This document shows positions 38,991 to 52,344 of a stretch of DNA of 64,000 nucleotides, one piece after another. How positions within the stretch are numbered: position 1 is the first letter of the stretch; each line of letters begins with the position of its first letter. Under the pieces are notes generated by a model. That model ran no database searches. It was not told where the DNA came from and was given only the letters and a program-made list of their open reading frames with translations. The DNA lies in assembly GCF_963921235.1 (NCBI RefSeq), contig NC_086097.1, forward strand, positions 191,272,001 through 191,336,000, in the 5' to 3' direction. This DNA comes from Mobula hypostoma. Taxonomy: Eukaryota. The position numbers were made by a program, and so were the translations under genes.

Positions 38991-39968
38991 TACTCTAATT
39001 GTTTTTAATTTGGCTTCTTCTGAACAGACTGTGATTTTTTTTTTGCACTTAGCAGTATTGCAGCCCAGAGAGTAAGAAGTTACAGCATAAAAATGCCCTT
39101 ATTGTCCAGAGACATATGAAGTATTTGAAATGGTACTAGTAGACTGCACTTGTATGTACCTTATATCATAAGCATGGAACATTGAGAACAAAAGGTATAG
39201 AAATGTGCACTAAGTTTTTGATTATGTTTAAAGACTTGCACTTGGAGGTTGAATTTTTGATAAAATAAAAATTATATACAGCACAAAAATCACTATACAA
39301 AAGACTTTATGATTCATACTGTTCAGTAGTGCCTGGGACAACTTGGTTCTGATCTGTAATATTGTCCTTAACTCAAAGTCCACCCTTCTCCACTCACTAC
39401 CAAATCGCCCATATCACTTCCCCCATCATTATCATCTGCACTGTTTTCTAAATTTTTGAGTCTATTCCACCTACCTTATTGCAAGATATGGAGCAAATCA
39501 TAAATGTAATAATGCTCCTACACATTTGATGGAACCTTTGCATTCAAAGGATTTCACTCTTCCCCTTTTCACAAAAATTAAATAAAAACCACTTAGAGAT
39601 ATTGAACAGTGTAGAACTCAGTCAAAATTTGTATACCTTATTTCATTGCAATACTTCAGTTTGTTTCATCAAAACTCTTGCACCTTTTATTTCAAACTAT
39701 TTTATAGAGAAATTTTCTGTCATGTCGTGAAGTCCTATTTTAAAAAAATATACACTGCAAGTGATGCACTACAATGAAAAATGAACAATATTTACAGTTG
39801 TAGCATAAAGCACAATCAAATATTGATTTTGATCCAAAATGGAGTAATTGAATCATAATTATGATTTATTAATATGGACCATGCTTACCCAATAGAACTA
39901 GAAATAAAGAAAAATAAAAAAATCTGAAATAAAGAATAAAATTGCTAAGAATATACAGCAGGTATGTC

Positions 39969-40976
39969 TGTCATGGTCCGGATTGGGTTCCCTTTAAATT
40001 TCCTTTGTTTGTGTTACGATCGGGACCATTTACTCCTTGTTTCCCTTTAATTCCCTGTTTTCCCGTGTCCTCGGACTTGGTGATTAAAGGCAATTTACTC
40101 TCAACTGAACTGGCAGTTTGTAAGTCTCCAGCTTTCAGCCGTTCAGTGTGAGAGCGTTAATGAAGTCACGGAAGCTAGTGCAAGCCAAAGTCATCTTGCC
40201 GGGGCAAGACAAGTTTCCTCCCGAAGCAAGGGCCAACAAGCCGCCTTCCCTTGTCAGAGCGGGTCTGTCAAAGTTAACTCGCCGGGGTGAGTCAAGAGCT
40301 CGCCGCTGCTTGGAGCGTACTTGTGTCCAGATAAAGAACTGTCTATCATTGTGTTGGGAACCATCTCGTCATGTTCAGCTTTCTGTGTATGAGTCCCAGC
40401 CCTACGACCTGTTCCCAAGGAGGGGTCCCGGCTCTATGTTCCATGTTCCTGTATCTCAAGTCCATGCGCCGAGGTTCAAGTATCCAGTCCATGTCTGGGT
40501 CCCGAGTTCCATGTTTCAGTTCCAAGTCCAAGTCCAAGTCAAAGCTTTGTGTTCTCATCCTGTGCAGGAGTTCCACGTCCAGTCCTGTAGACTAGCCATG
40601 TCCAGTCCTGTAGACTAGCCACATCCAGTCCTGTAGACACGTCTTGTCTTCGCCTAGATCCGGGGTCCGAGCCCAAGTCAAAACCCAGGTTTCAGTTCCC
40701 TGTCCAGTCTCTGGCTCGGAGTCCTAGCCCAGGCTCCTATTCCAAGTCCTGATCCCACTTTCCTAGTCTTAGCCCTAGCCCAGACCCTGAGTCCCAGCCT
40801 GAGTCCTAGTCCATTACGCTTATTCCCACTTCTGTTTTGCTCTCTCCTTGATTTCTCTCTGTTCTATCCTTGTGTCATGGCTTTCCTTGTAATTATTAAT
40901 AAACTCTATTTAGTTAACCTTACAAAATGTGTTTATGTCCTGCATTTGGGTCCACCCTTGTTCCACACTTGTGACA
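39969..40976 (+). mobile_element. Solo LTR, same family as 5573-7056
   Basis: tgtcatggtccgg...gtgaca; TSD atgtc/ctgtc; AATAAA near the 3' end; internal short repeats. Confidence 0.8.
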
Positions 40977-42064
40977 CTGTCAGCATGAAATAAAAACAAA
41001 AGATGCAGTGTCTGATTTGGTATCCAGTCATTGGGGTGGATTGCATTTGATCTGATATGGTCTTTGCACTCTCTCTCAGCACTGTGGACTTTGGCAGTCT
41101 CATGGGTCAAATCACTGAACTCTGTCAAATATTTCATGCACATTTGTTCAGGCTTCACTTTGCCATGACCATTCCACAAAATCAAGCTGTCCACAAGCTT
41201 TCTCATACCATGATTTCCAGCCAGGCTTTGGGCAATAAATCCTGATCATACAGTCCTCTTCATTTGATAAGACTGCTGAGCGCTCATAATTTCTAGGTTT
41301 ACAGTCATTACTATTGTTCAAAGAATTAGGGACATACATAGGCAAATACAGTACATCAGTGACTTCCAAGAAACTCTTAGGTAGGCACATGGATAATAGT
41401 AAAATTGAGGGCTATGTAGAAGGGAAGGGTTAGAGTAAATCTAAAAGATCAGCACAGCAGGTGGAAGGGTCTATACTGTGATGTAATGTTCCATGTTCGA
41501 ATCAAGTGTTAAAAGTAATAGAGGAGGAGCAGAGAACTGGTTATCAAAATCTGCATTGGGAAAGAAATATCCCTCCATGTCTTATGGCATGTGATAAATA
41601 CACTCAGAGGGAAGTAGCTTAATATTTTATTTCTCTCTCTCCAAAACAGAATGTTGCCACAGTAATATGGTCAAGTGGACAACTGTGACTGAGAGTCCTA
41701 ACTTTACATGCTGAGGAGCCATTTGAAATCATTGGCAACTTGGTAGAAGAGGTTAATAGAGTTGGCAAAATTAAGTAGAGGGTGATTAAAAACTGAATTC
41801 TGCTCAACACAGACTTTTCAACTTCAGGTACTTTTTCAAAGTCTCAAAATACAAAGCTTCTCTTTTTTATTTGTTTTCTATTTTGTTTCCCAAAAATGGA
41901 ATTTATGGACCATCAAACTAACACAGAAGAACTTATGAATTCATAGGATGTTGTCAGTGGCAGCTTAGCCTCAGTGAACACAGATATTTGGCTTCCCAGA
42001 GCTGCCTTTGCACTCCTTTGTTCCACAAATATACCTGAACAAGTTCTTCTGTGCTTCTTATCAA

Positions 42065-42720
42065 AGCCATAGAGTCATAGAGTCAAAGAGACTACAGTAC
42101 AGAGACTGGTCGTTCAGTCCATCTAGTCCTCTTATTGTCTCATCCCAACCACCCACACCAGGGCCACAGCCTTCATACCCCTCCCATCCATGTACTTATC
42201 CAAATTTCTCTTAACTGTTGAAATCGAACCAATAACCACTGCTTCCGCTGGCACTTCAATTCACCCTTTGAGTGAATCGGAATCAGGTTTAATATCACTA
42301 GCATATGTTGTGAGATGCTGCGGATGCCGAAAATCCAGGGCAATACCCATAAAGTGCTGGAGAAACTCAGCAGGTCAGGCAGCATCTATGGAAATGAATA
42401 AACAGCAGATGTTTCGAGCCCAGACCCTTCTTCAGGGAGACTTGCTGAGTTCCTCCAGCATTTTGAATGTTGTGAAATTTGTTGTTAATTATATATATAT
42501 AATTAATTAAATAGTATTGCTAAAAGAGAGCAGAAAAAGTAAAAAAAAGTGAAGTTCCACCTCAGGTTTGCCTTAAACATTTCACCTTTCACCCTTAACC
42601 CATGACCCCTAGTTGTAGTCTCACTCAACCTCAGTGCAAAAAGCCTGTTTGCATTTACCTTACCTATACCCATCATAATTTTGAACACCTCTCATAAATA
42701 TCCCCTCATTCTCCTACACT
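42065..42720 (-). mobile_element. CR1 3' end with nested Rex1 tail and Penelope fragment
   Basis: catagagtcatagag tail; ORF 42503..42688 (LRLSETTTRGHGLRVKGEMFK); nested insert at ~42275-42545. Confidence 0.7.
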
Positions 42721-42806
42721 ACTACTTCTTGCAGTGGGGGCCTTTACAAGGAAAGGTCAGCTACCCTTGTGATTACCCAATACTATTAATCAGATTCCTA
42801 ACTCAC

Positions 42807-44133
42807 CTCTTCAAACTCAATTCCAATAGGGAATCTTGCCTATTTCAGCACCAGCCCAAAGACATAACATGAAAAGGCTGTTGTCAGAGAGGTCCACAGA
42901 GCATGTCAAAACAGTCATTCTTTGAAGAGCCTGGAGGGCTTAATTTCTGACATCTTTCTCCAACGATTTGAGGTTGGGGATCAATAGAGACATTTTCCAT
43001 GTATGTGCTGATAATGGGAAAACAGGAATAGTTTGCTCCCGATATCTTGATTTTAATGCAGAAAGGTTGCATTGCTTGCAAAGTCCTCTGATAGTAATAC
43101 AGTCAAAGATATTCATACAGCTTCACAGCACAATTCCTGCTGTTACAATTGACTTTGGAAACCCCATGGTTTAATCATTGAACATATTCAAATACTTTTT
43201 AAATACTTTTGAAAGGTGCCCAATTCCAGACCTTTATTCTGGATTCTATCTGCCATTAAAATTGCATAAAGCTGAGCTGACAACAAGAAAGCCAGCCATA
43301 CCAGGGAATTCTGCAGTTTTAGTATTGTGTAGTTAAACTAACTTCAATGAAATTTAAGGCTTATATGTGCTCCCAATGAAGGGTATTCTAGCCAGAGTGA
43401 ATCTCCCCTTCAGGGCTTGAGCTCAATGGTTACAGGGAGAATTACCTGTTGCCAACAGTGACAAAAGGTTTTAAAATTCTTTATAATTTAAGGGAATAGT
43501 CGCAAAAATTTAATACTGGTTAAGATTATTTAACTGCCTTCTATCTGTGATATGCCAACAGAGATTCTTCTGGTAAAGAACTAAGTTCCCTTTTGCCAGT
43601 AAATGCTGCAAGCTCCCGAAAAACCTGTCTTGGAGGAAAAGAATTATCTTTCCAGTAGAATGCTGCTTTTATAATGAACAGCACATATAAACAGCGTGTG
43701 GTTAAAATTAATCACTGATTAACTCAGATAAGGAGTAATGCAGACCTTATATTCAGCCAGTTGGCCCATCATGCAAAATATCTTTAATTCTGTAATATAG
43801 GAACCTAAATTTCTTGGATTCATTTCATTGGCAAAGAGGTGAGACATGTATGGTTGATTAGTTGATACTGGCAGCTTTGGCTGCAACAATTTGAAATTAC
43901 TAGGCTCATAAAAATTGAGTGTGGTGGCAACTTCAGTTTGCAGTGGGCTGCAGTCCGTTTTCTGAACGTGATATAACGCCATCATAATTTGCTGTATCAG
44001 CAGGTTAAAGCAGTTTCAAGCACTAATTCTCAAGGAAGTGAACATACACACATCAGCTTTGCTAGATCATATCCCACTGAGAACTGATCTAAAACATAGA
44101 CATACAGGGAAATTTGCAGTGGAAACTGTGTTA
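42807..44133 (-). pseudogene. Decayed large exon (~1.3 kb)
   Basis: Long T tract then ccatag acceptor. Includes ORFs 43719..43985 and 42884..43081. The last ~110 codons (RNCAVKLYEYL*LYYYQRTLQAMQPF...MLCGPL*QQPFHVMSLGWC*NRQDSLLELSLK) contain only TGA stops. Donor AG|gtgagt. Confidence 0.75.
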
Positions 44134-44293
44134 CTATGGAAGCAAAGGCAAAAAAAAAAGCAGAATAAAACAAACAGACAATATAAAACTCTCAGCAGTG
44201 AGCAGAAAATGCCGCAGTCAGATTATGACGACTTCAAGCTGATTTCCAAGTAAAGTTTAAGGCTTCTCCAATTAAACGGAGAATATTCCTCAC

Positions 44294-44410
44294 CAGCAGA
44301 GTTAGCTTGGCAGTAGCAAGAAGCATTGCCTGGTTATCTATTCCTTTTTAAATAAAATAGGTCATGTGATCTGGGAATTTTATGGAGTATCCATTCTGAG
44401 CTTCTCAAAG
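44294..44410 (-). pseudogene. Decayed exon (117 nt), frame ambiguous
   Basis: ctgttttcag acceptor and CTG|gtgagg donor. Length is a multiple of 3; all three frames contain stops. Confidence 0.5.
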
Positions 44411-44614
44411 CTGAAAACAGTGAACACTTTGTTTGCACGGGACATCTAAAGAAGCAGAAATATAAATTTGATGCATGCACTAAATCACATGGTATATAAT
44501 GTATATTTAAACAAACCCACAATAAAATTGAATTTCAGATGCACTGTGCACTATACAAATTATGCTATATCAAATGTTTGACACATACACAGAAAGTGAT
44601 ATCGTCACACCATT

Positions 44615-44880
44615 ACCTGGGCAGCAGGGTAGTGTTGCGGTTAGTACAATGCTCTTACAGTACCAGTCAACTCTTTTCAATTCTGCCGCTGCCTGTTAGG
44701 AGATTGTACATTCTCTGCATGGCTGCATGGGTTTCCTCCAGTCAATCCAGTTTCCTCCCATATCGCAAGACATACGGGTCAGTAGGTTGATCAGTCACAT
44801 AGGTGTAATTGTGCGCCACTGCTTCGATGTGCCTGAGAGACCCGTTACTATGCTCTATCTATTTCATTATAAGTAAATAA
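44615..44880 (+). mobile_element. V-SINE (HE1-like)
   Basis: V-domain-like ttgtacattctctgcatggctgcatgggtttcctccagt...agtttcctccca. Confidence 0.65.
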
Positions 44881-44914
44881 AAATCTTAATAAGAGGAGCG
44901 TATGAGGTATCCTC

Positions 44915-45800
44915 AGTCACAGAGTCATAGAGAACCACAGCTCAGAAACAGACCCTTAGGACCATCTAGACCATGCTGAAACCATTTAAACTGCCTACCA
45001 TCTACTGGCACTGGAACCAAAGTCCTCCATACCCCTACCATCTATGAACCTATCCAAATATCACCTGAATATTGAAATTGATCTCCCATGCAACATGTGT
45101 GCTGGCAGCCCAATCCAAACTCTCACGACCCTCTGAGTGAAGAAGTTTCCCCTCATGTTTCCCTTAAACTTTTCACCTTTCACCTTTGACCTCTGATCTC
45201 TGCTTGTAGTCCCATCCACCCTCAGTGGAAAACGCCTCCTTGCATTTACCTTATCTATACCCCTCATAATTTTGCACACCTCTATCAAATCTCCTCTCAA
45301 TCTTCTAAGTTCTAAGAAATAAAGTGGTAACCTATTCAATTTTTCCTTAAAATTCGGGGTTTTTTTCCCTTGTAACTGCACACAATACTCCAAATTAGGC
45401 CTCACCAATGTCTTCAACATCACATGCCATCTCCTGTACTCAGTACTTTGATTTATGAAGGCCAATGTGCCAAAAGCTTTCTTTATGACCTTAACTACCT
45501 GTGATGCCGCTTTCAATGAATTATGGATGTACTCCCAGATCCGTTTGTTCAAACACACTCCGCGGTGTCCTACTGTTCACTGTGAAAAACCTATCCAGGT
45601 TGGTCCTACCGAAGTGCAACACTTCACACTTATCTGCATTAAGTGTTATGTGCCATCTTTCCCGCTGCAAGCCATGATAGCCTTCCTCGCTCTCCAGTAT
45701 ACCCCAAGTCTCGGTGTCATCCACATTTTTTCCAATCCATTTAACCAGATTATTGTCCAGATCATTGACATAAATCACAGTCAACAATGGACCAAAACAA
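44915..45800 (-). mobile_element. CR1 RT 3' fragment
   Basis: ORFs 45061..45558 and 45521..45922 (KTLVRPNLEYCVQL; NADKCEVLHFGRTN). Confidence 0.85.
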
Positions 45801-46428
45801 GAAGTCATTTTGAATTGTACACTGGGTGCTTGCATTTCCCTGCTCTCTGAAATTACACAAGTCCTTTGGAGAATCATGTTGGAATAGAATAGCTGCATGG
45901 ATGCTAAGAGACTGTTGCTCATTGGATCCTTCTCTGTCTGATGCTGGGAAGCTCAGCAGGATGCTGAATAGTGAATATAAATGTAATTTGGGTAAAGCCG
46001 ATCAGCATTGATTTCTAAACCTTTGGCCATATAGACAATCAATCTCTGAGTAAGTATCCAGAGTCCTAATAATACCAATCACACTGGTGAGTTAATGCTG
46101 GTTTATGCTTTGCGCCTCTTTGAAATTCCTGATAAAATTTGGTCCAAAACTGAAATAACAACGAAGGTCTCTGTCTCCACATTATATGGCAACTGCTGCA
46201 TGCTATTTGAAGTAGTTACTATAAATGTCTTTTTCTGATGCATAACCTTCCTTCAGAAAATAGACTATTAGCGGATCATTAGCATATCAATGCCTTGAAC
46301 ATAGGCTGCATTAGTTCCCAGCCTGGTCATATTTTTCATTCCTTTGTTTACCATAGTATTCTCACTTCTAATTCACTCAACAATCTTCCCGCAACTCCAC
46401 TAAATAAATTCTCTGGTTGCCATAGCAT
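45800..46428 (-). pseudogene. Decayed exon truncated by a CR1 insertion
   Basis: atactag|MLWQPENLFSGVAGRLLSELEVRILW*...; later NDPLIVYFLKEGYASEKDIYSNYFK*...GPNFIRNFKEAQ...SVIGIIRTLDTYSEIDCLYGQRF. Runs into CR1 near 45800. Confidence 0.6.
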
Positions 46429-47502
46429 CTAGTATTGACTGGGGGGGTATATTATTTTACACACCATGGTGTGGATTGCCAGTTCTGTACTTTCTCTGAT
46501 TAGTGACATGATTAGTGTGAAAATGTTTCAAAGGCTGATAAATATTTTAATACAGTTTGTTTTCTTTTAAATATAGTTCTTATTATTAGAATTACAATAT
46601 TACAGTGGTTGAATTCCAGGCCTAGTTTCTGGAGGCCTCTACTATTGATGAAGTGTGGGAATCAAATCCCACCTCCAGAGCAAGGAGTTTGAAATTCAAG
46701 TGATTAAATAAATCTGAAATAACATCTATAAGTTAACATCTGTGACGTAAATCTGAAAGTGTTAACAGTCATAAACAGCTGTTTGTTTCATAAATATCCA
46801 TCCGAAATGAAAAGCAGCTATATTTACAGTATGGAGTTTCAACTGTCCAGGACTCCAGACCCAGCAATGTTTAATTCTTAAGTGAAATAGCTAGCACGAC
46901 ATTGATTGACAATAAATATTTGCTGTGACATGCATATTCTCCAGCAAATAAATAAGAGCATAAGACGGAGGAGCAGAATTAGGTCATTTGGCCCATCAAG
47001 TCTGCTCCGCTATTCCATCATGGCTGATTTATTATCCCTCTCAACCCCATTTCCTGCCTAACCTCCCCATAAAATATACCCAATATTTTGGCCTCCACAG
47101 CCATCCACCAGTAAAATTCACAGATTAACTACCATATGACAGAAGAAATTCCTCCTTGTCTCTCTTGCAAACAGACATCCCCCTATTTTCAGGCTATGCC
47201 CTCTGGCCCTAGACTCTCCCATTATAGAAAACATCCTTTCCAAATCCATTTTGTCCAGGACTTTCTATGTTCAATAGGTTTCAATGAGAAGCATATCGTC
47301 TTTCTCAAACCCTCATTCTACTAAACTCCTGTGAGTACAGGCCCAGAGCTAACAAATGCTCCTCATGCATTAACCCTTTTATTCATAGAATCATTCTTGT
47401 AAACCTTCTCTGGACCCTCTTCAATGCAAACACAAATTTTCTTAGATAAGAGGCCCAAAATGGCTCACAATACTGCAACTGCGATTTGACCAATGACATA
47501 TA

Positions 47503-49120
47503 CTTCCTATAAAAAGTATTCACCCCCCACCCCCACCCCCAGCACCCTTGGAAGTTTTGATACTTGTTTGAATCACGGTGGATTCAATCAACAGAAAAGA
47601 CTCTTTTGTATCAAAGTGAAATCAAATTTCTACAAATTGGTCTAAATTTATTACAATTATTAAACACAAAATTATTGATTGCATAATTACTCACCCCCTT
47701 AAGGTCAGTATTTAGTAGATGCGCATTTGGCCTCAATTACAGCCTTGAGTCTTTGTGGCTAGGTCCCTATCAGCTTTGCTCATCTGTACACTGCAATTTT
47801 TCCCTATTCTTCTTTACAAAACTGCTCAAGCTCTGTCAGATTGAACGAGGATCGTGAGTGAACAGCCCTTTTCAGGTTCAACCACAAATTTTCAATTAGA
47901 TCGAGGTCTGGACTCTGACTTTACCACTCCAGAACATTAACTTTGTTGTTTTTAAGCCATTCCTGTGTAGCTTTGGCTTTATTCTTGGGCTCATTGTCTT
48001 GCTGGAAAACAAATCTTCAACCAAGTTGCAGCTCTCTTGCAGAGTGCTTCAGGTTTTCCTCCAGGATTTCCCTATATTTTGCTGCATTCATTTTATCCTC
48101 TACCTTCACAAGCCTTCTAGGGCCTGCTGCAATGAAGCATCCCCACAGCATGATGCAGCCACAACTATGCTTCACAGTAGGGATGATGTGATTTTGATAA
48201 TGTACAGTCTTTGGCTTACACCAAACTTAGTATTTAGTCTGATGGACAAAACACTCAATTTTGGTTTCATTAGACCACAGAACCGTCTTCCAGCTGGCTT
48301 CAGGGTCTCCCACATGCCTTCCAGCAAACTCTAGCCAAGATTTCATGTGCTTTTTTCAACAGTGGCTTTCTCTTTACCACTCTCCCATAAAGTTGTGACT
48401 GGTGAAGCACCAGGGCAAGAGTTGGTGTATGCACCATCTCTCCCATCTCAGCCAGTGAAGCTTGTAATTCCTTCAGAGTTGTCACAGGTCTCTTATTGGC
48501 CTCCCTCACAAGTCCCCTTCTTGCACGATCACACAGTTTTTAAGGAGGAACCGCTCTAGGCAGATTTACAGCTATGCAATATTCTTTCAATTCCTTGATG
48601 ATTGACTTAACTGTACTCCAAGAGACATTCAGTGACTTGTAAATTTTTTTTTGCATTGATCTTCTGACTTGTGCTTTTGAATAACCTTTCCTTGGAGTTG
48701 CTTGGATTGTTCTTTTGTCTACGTGGTGTAGTTTTTGCCAGGAATCTGATTCACCAGTAGTTGGCCCTTCCAGATACAAGTGTATTTTTGCTACAATCAA
48801 TTGAAACACTTTGACTGCACACTGTGATCTCCATTTAACTAATTATGTGACTTCTAAAACCAATTGGCTGCACCAGTGATGATTTGGTGTGTCATATTAA
48901 AGGGGATGAATACTTATGCAATCAATTAATTTGTGTTTTATATTTGTAATTAATTTAGCTCACTTTGTAGAGATCTGTTTTCACTTTTGGCACAAAAAAG
49001 TCTTTTTCTGTTGATCGTTGTCAAAAAAGCCAAATTAAATCCACTGTGAATCAATGTTGTAAATCAATAAAACATGAAAACTTCTAGGGGGAGGGGGATG
49101 AATCTTTTTTATAGGCACAG
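47503..49120 (-). mobile_element. Tc1/mariner transposon, near full length; transposase (~47708-48730) frameshifted
   Basis: TA flanks; long TIRs (cctataaaaagtattcacccc / gggggatgaatcttttttatagg). Motifs [58 protein letters not shown]. Confidence 0.9.
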
Positions 49121-50284
49121 TATAAAATCTCAGCATTAGATACTTGCCTTTATATCCCAATCCTCTAAAATGAATGCTAACATTGTATTTGACTTCATTA
49201 CCACCTGCAAGGTAATCTACAGGGAGTACTCTATGACGATTTCCAAATCCCTTTGCGCCACTACTTTCTGAATTTTCTTCCCATTTAGAAAATAGTCTGC
49301 ATCTCTGTTCCTTCTATCAAAATGTATTACCATACACTTCCCTACACTTTATTCCATCTGCCATTTATTTGCCTGTTCTCCTAATCTGTCTTAAGTACTT
49401 CTGCAAACTCCTTCTTCCTCCACTCTACCTGTCCATCCACCTGTCTTCATTTTACCTGCAAAGCTGGCCACAAAGCCATCAATTCCATCTGACTCTCCTT
49501 TGTCTATCCTGCCTGTTATTTTTTCAAAGAATTTACTTGGATTTTTGGAAGGCCTTTGACAAATTGCCACACATGAGCTGCTAAACAAGATAGGATCCTA
49601 TGGTATTGCAGGAAGGATATGAGAATAGATAGATTATTAGCTGACTGGCAGAAGGCAAAGCGTGGGAATAAAGAGGGATTTTTCTAGTTGGCTGCCAATG
49701 ACTAATGGTGTTGGTATTGGGACCTCTTCTTTCTATGTTATATGTCAACAATTTGAATGACAGAATTGATTGTTTTGTGGCCAGCTTTGCAGATGATATG
49801 GAAACAAGTGGACGGACAGGTAGAGTTGAGGAATCAGGAATTTGCAGAAGGAAACCATGTTGGCTTTGGCATACTTTATCATGTGCCTCCAAATAATTGA
49901 ACCCTCAACCTTAATAATGGGATCCAGCATCTTCCCAACCACTAAAGTCAGTCTAACTGGCTTATAATGTCCTTTCTTTTCTATCTTCTTAAAGAGTGGA
50001 GTGACATTTGCAATTTTCCAGTACTCTAGGGCCATTCAAGAATTTAATGGAAAATTGCAAATGTCTATAGTGATTCTTGTAAGATCATTATTAATACCTT
50101 CACAATCTGTTCAGCTGCCTCTTGCAGAACAAGGGGGCGCAATCCATCTGGTCCAGGTGACTTATCTACATTTAGACCCTTCAGCTTACCAGGCACATTT
50201 TCCTTAGTAGTTGGAACTACACTCATTACTGCCCCGACATTCTCAAATTTCTGGCATACTGCTGGTGTCTTCCATAGTGAAGGC

Positions 50285-50960
50285 TAGTCATCGTGGCTAT
50301 CCCTTGAGGTCAAGGATGATCATCTTCATTCTGTTGATCTACTTATGGACTCTCAATTGGCTTATGATTCCAATCTTGGCTTTGAAAGTTCTTCAGCATT
50401 CAGGACAGGTAGTTCCAGATGGCAGATTGGGCTTTGGTTGTTGCTGCCTCTCTTTCCATTATCTTCTCTGTTCTTCTAATTCTGCACATCTGTTGGCTTC
50501 AAAAGTTGCTGTACCTTCTCGGATGATGGCTTGCCAGAGTTTCCTGTCCTTGGCATTGGTTTCCCAATTGTTGATGCCAATGTTACATTTCTTCATGTTG
50601 GCATTCAAGACGTCTTTGAATCTCTTCTGTTGTCTGCCTCTTTTACGTTTGCCTTCTTTAAGCTGGGAGTAGAAGATTTGTTTTGGCAGACATTCGTCTT
50701 TCATCTGAACAACATGACCACTCCATCTTAGTTGGTTCTTGATGACGTAGGCTTCAATGCTTGTTGTTTTTGCTTCAATTAGCACTCTGACGTTGGTTCT
50801 TCTATCTTCCCAGCTGATAGTTAACATGTTTCGAAGACAGCGCTGATGGAACTTTTCAAATGCTTTCAAATGTCGTCGGTATGTTGTCCAGGTTTCTGAT
50901 GCATACAGGAGCGTTGGGATTACCACTGCTTTGTTCACTAACATTTTGGTGCAAAGACTG
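50285..50960 (-). mobile_element. RTE-clade (BovB-like) LINE 3' fragment
   Basis: KAVVIPTLLYASETWTTYRRHLK..EKFHQRCLR..LTISWEDRRTN...QLRWSGHVVQM..CLPKQIFYSQL. Confidence 0.9.
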
Positions 50961-51987
50961 GTGTAAGACTGGTGCAAAGTACTTAATAAATTTGTCCACC
51001 ATTTCTTTGGCCCCATGACTACCTTATTGGTTTCATTTACCAGCAGTTTGATGTCCACTCTCACTACTGTTTTTCCCCTTATATGTTTGTAAATAAAATG
51101 TAGCTATCCCCTTTTATATTATTTGCTACCTTACCTTCATATTTCAATTTTTCTCTGCTTATTGCTTTTTTAGTTACTTTCTGTAGGGTTTCAAAAGCTT
51201 CCCAATCCTTTATTTTCCCACTCACTTTTGCTATATTATATGCCCTCTCTTTTGCTTTTATGCTGTCCTTAACTTCCCTTGTCAGCCACAGTTGCTTAAG
51301 AATATTTCTTGGGATGTATCTATCCTGAATCTTCCAAATTGCTCCCAAAAACTCCAGCCATTGCTGTTATACTGTCATCCCTGCTAGTGTCTCCTTCCAA
51401 TCAACTTTGACCAGTTCATCTCTTGTGCCTTTGTAATACCCTTTAACTCCACTGTAATACTAATACATCTCATTTCAGCTTCTCCCTCTCAAACTGGACT
51501 CAAAATGTAAAACAAAAAGCAATAAACAAGTAAGTATACAAGAAGTCAGCCCTAAATGATACCACCCTCCAAATAAAGTCAAAAGATCTTCTCTAGTGTT
51601 TTGGTCTCATCCTCTCTGAGCTTTCCATTCAATCTGGGTAACACAAAATGCCAAAGAGAGTAAATATTTCAGAACTTTTCCCAAAATACTAATGAAATTC
51701 TTCATTTAATTAAGGAGCTTCAGAAGAGCTCAAGTTTGTGCATTTTCCTCAATAATCAGCTTCTGTAAATTATACATATAAACATTAGTAGCTAGATTTT
51801 TATATCACTGATGTTCCTCTCAGTAAACAGATCAATAGCATTCTGCAATTTGCCTTGGGACCTTGGGGTAGTGAGGGAAAACTATAAAAGTATCCCAATG
51901 AGCATCTTTGTCCAACACAGACAACAATTATACTACTTAGATTTCCACAGTTCTTTTGCTAAAGTTATGACAGAAAATCAGGAATAC

Positions 51988-52260
51988 CTTTATGGAAACG
52001 TAACCCTCTGGCAGGATCAGGAATTGATTTGGCTGTGATGTAAATGCATACAAATACTGGCTGGTGCAGATGCACTTTCTCTTTCCAATTTTGAACGACC
52101 TTAGCCCAGGAGTCAATAGGGGAATTATGTCTCTTCAACAAAGTATAATGTGCATCCATGAATCTTTTTCTTTATCTGCCTGGAAGTCATTTCCCTGGAA
52201 GGATTTGAAGGAATTTGCAAAGATAGCATTGGTGGTATTTTTCCCAGTGCCTTGGTAGTC
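51988..52260 (-). pseudogene. Exon (273 nt, 91 codons) with a single in-frame TGA
   Basis: gaccttcag|DYQGTGKNTTNAIFANSFKSFQGNDFQADKEKDSWMHIILC*RDIIPLLTPGLRSFKIGKRKCICTSQYLYAFTSQPNQFLILPEGYVSIK|gtattc. Phase 0/0. Confidence 0.75.
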
Positions 52261-52344
52261 CTGAAGGTCAGAGCAGAGCAGGGATAAATGTTTCCTGACA
52301 GAACATGAGATTTGTGACAAATTTGAAATCTCAGTCATCAACAC

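Larger units (their letters stand above)
46955..51500 (-). mobile_element. CR1 hosting Tc1 and RTE insertions and a local inversion
   Basis: CR1 sequence is continuous across the inserts (gaccaatg.../tataaaatctcagc). ORFs 49745..50035 and 51079..51348. Confidence 0.85.

Noticed and set aside
51988..52260. Selenoprotein reading of the in-frame Cys-TGA
   Set aside because: Neighbouring exons carry TAA/TAG stops, frameshifts and TE insertions, so CpG decay is the simpler explanation. I saw no SECIS evidence.
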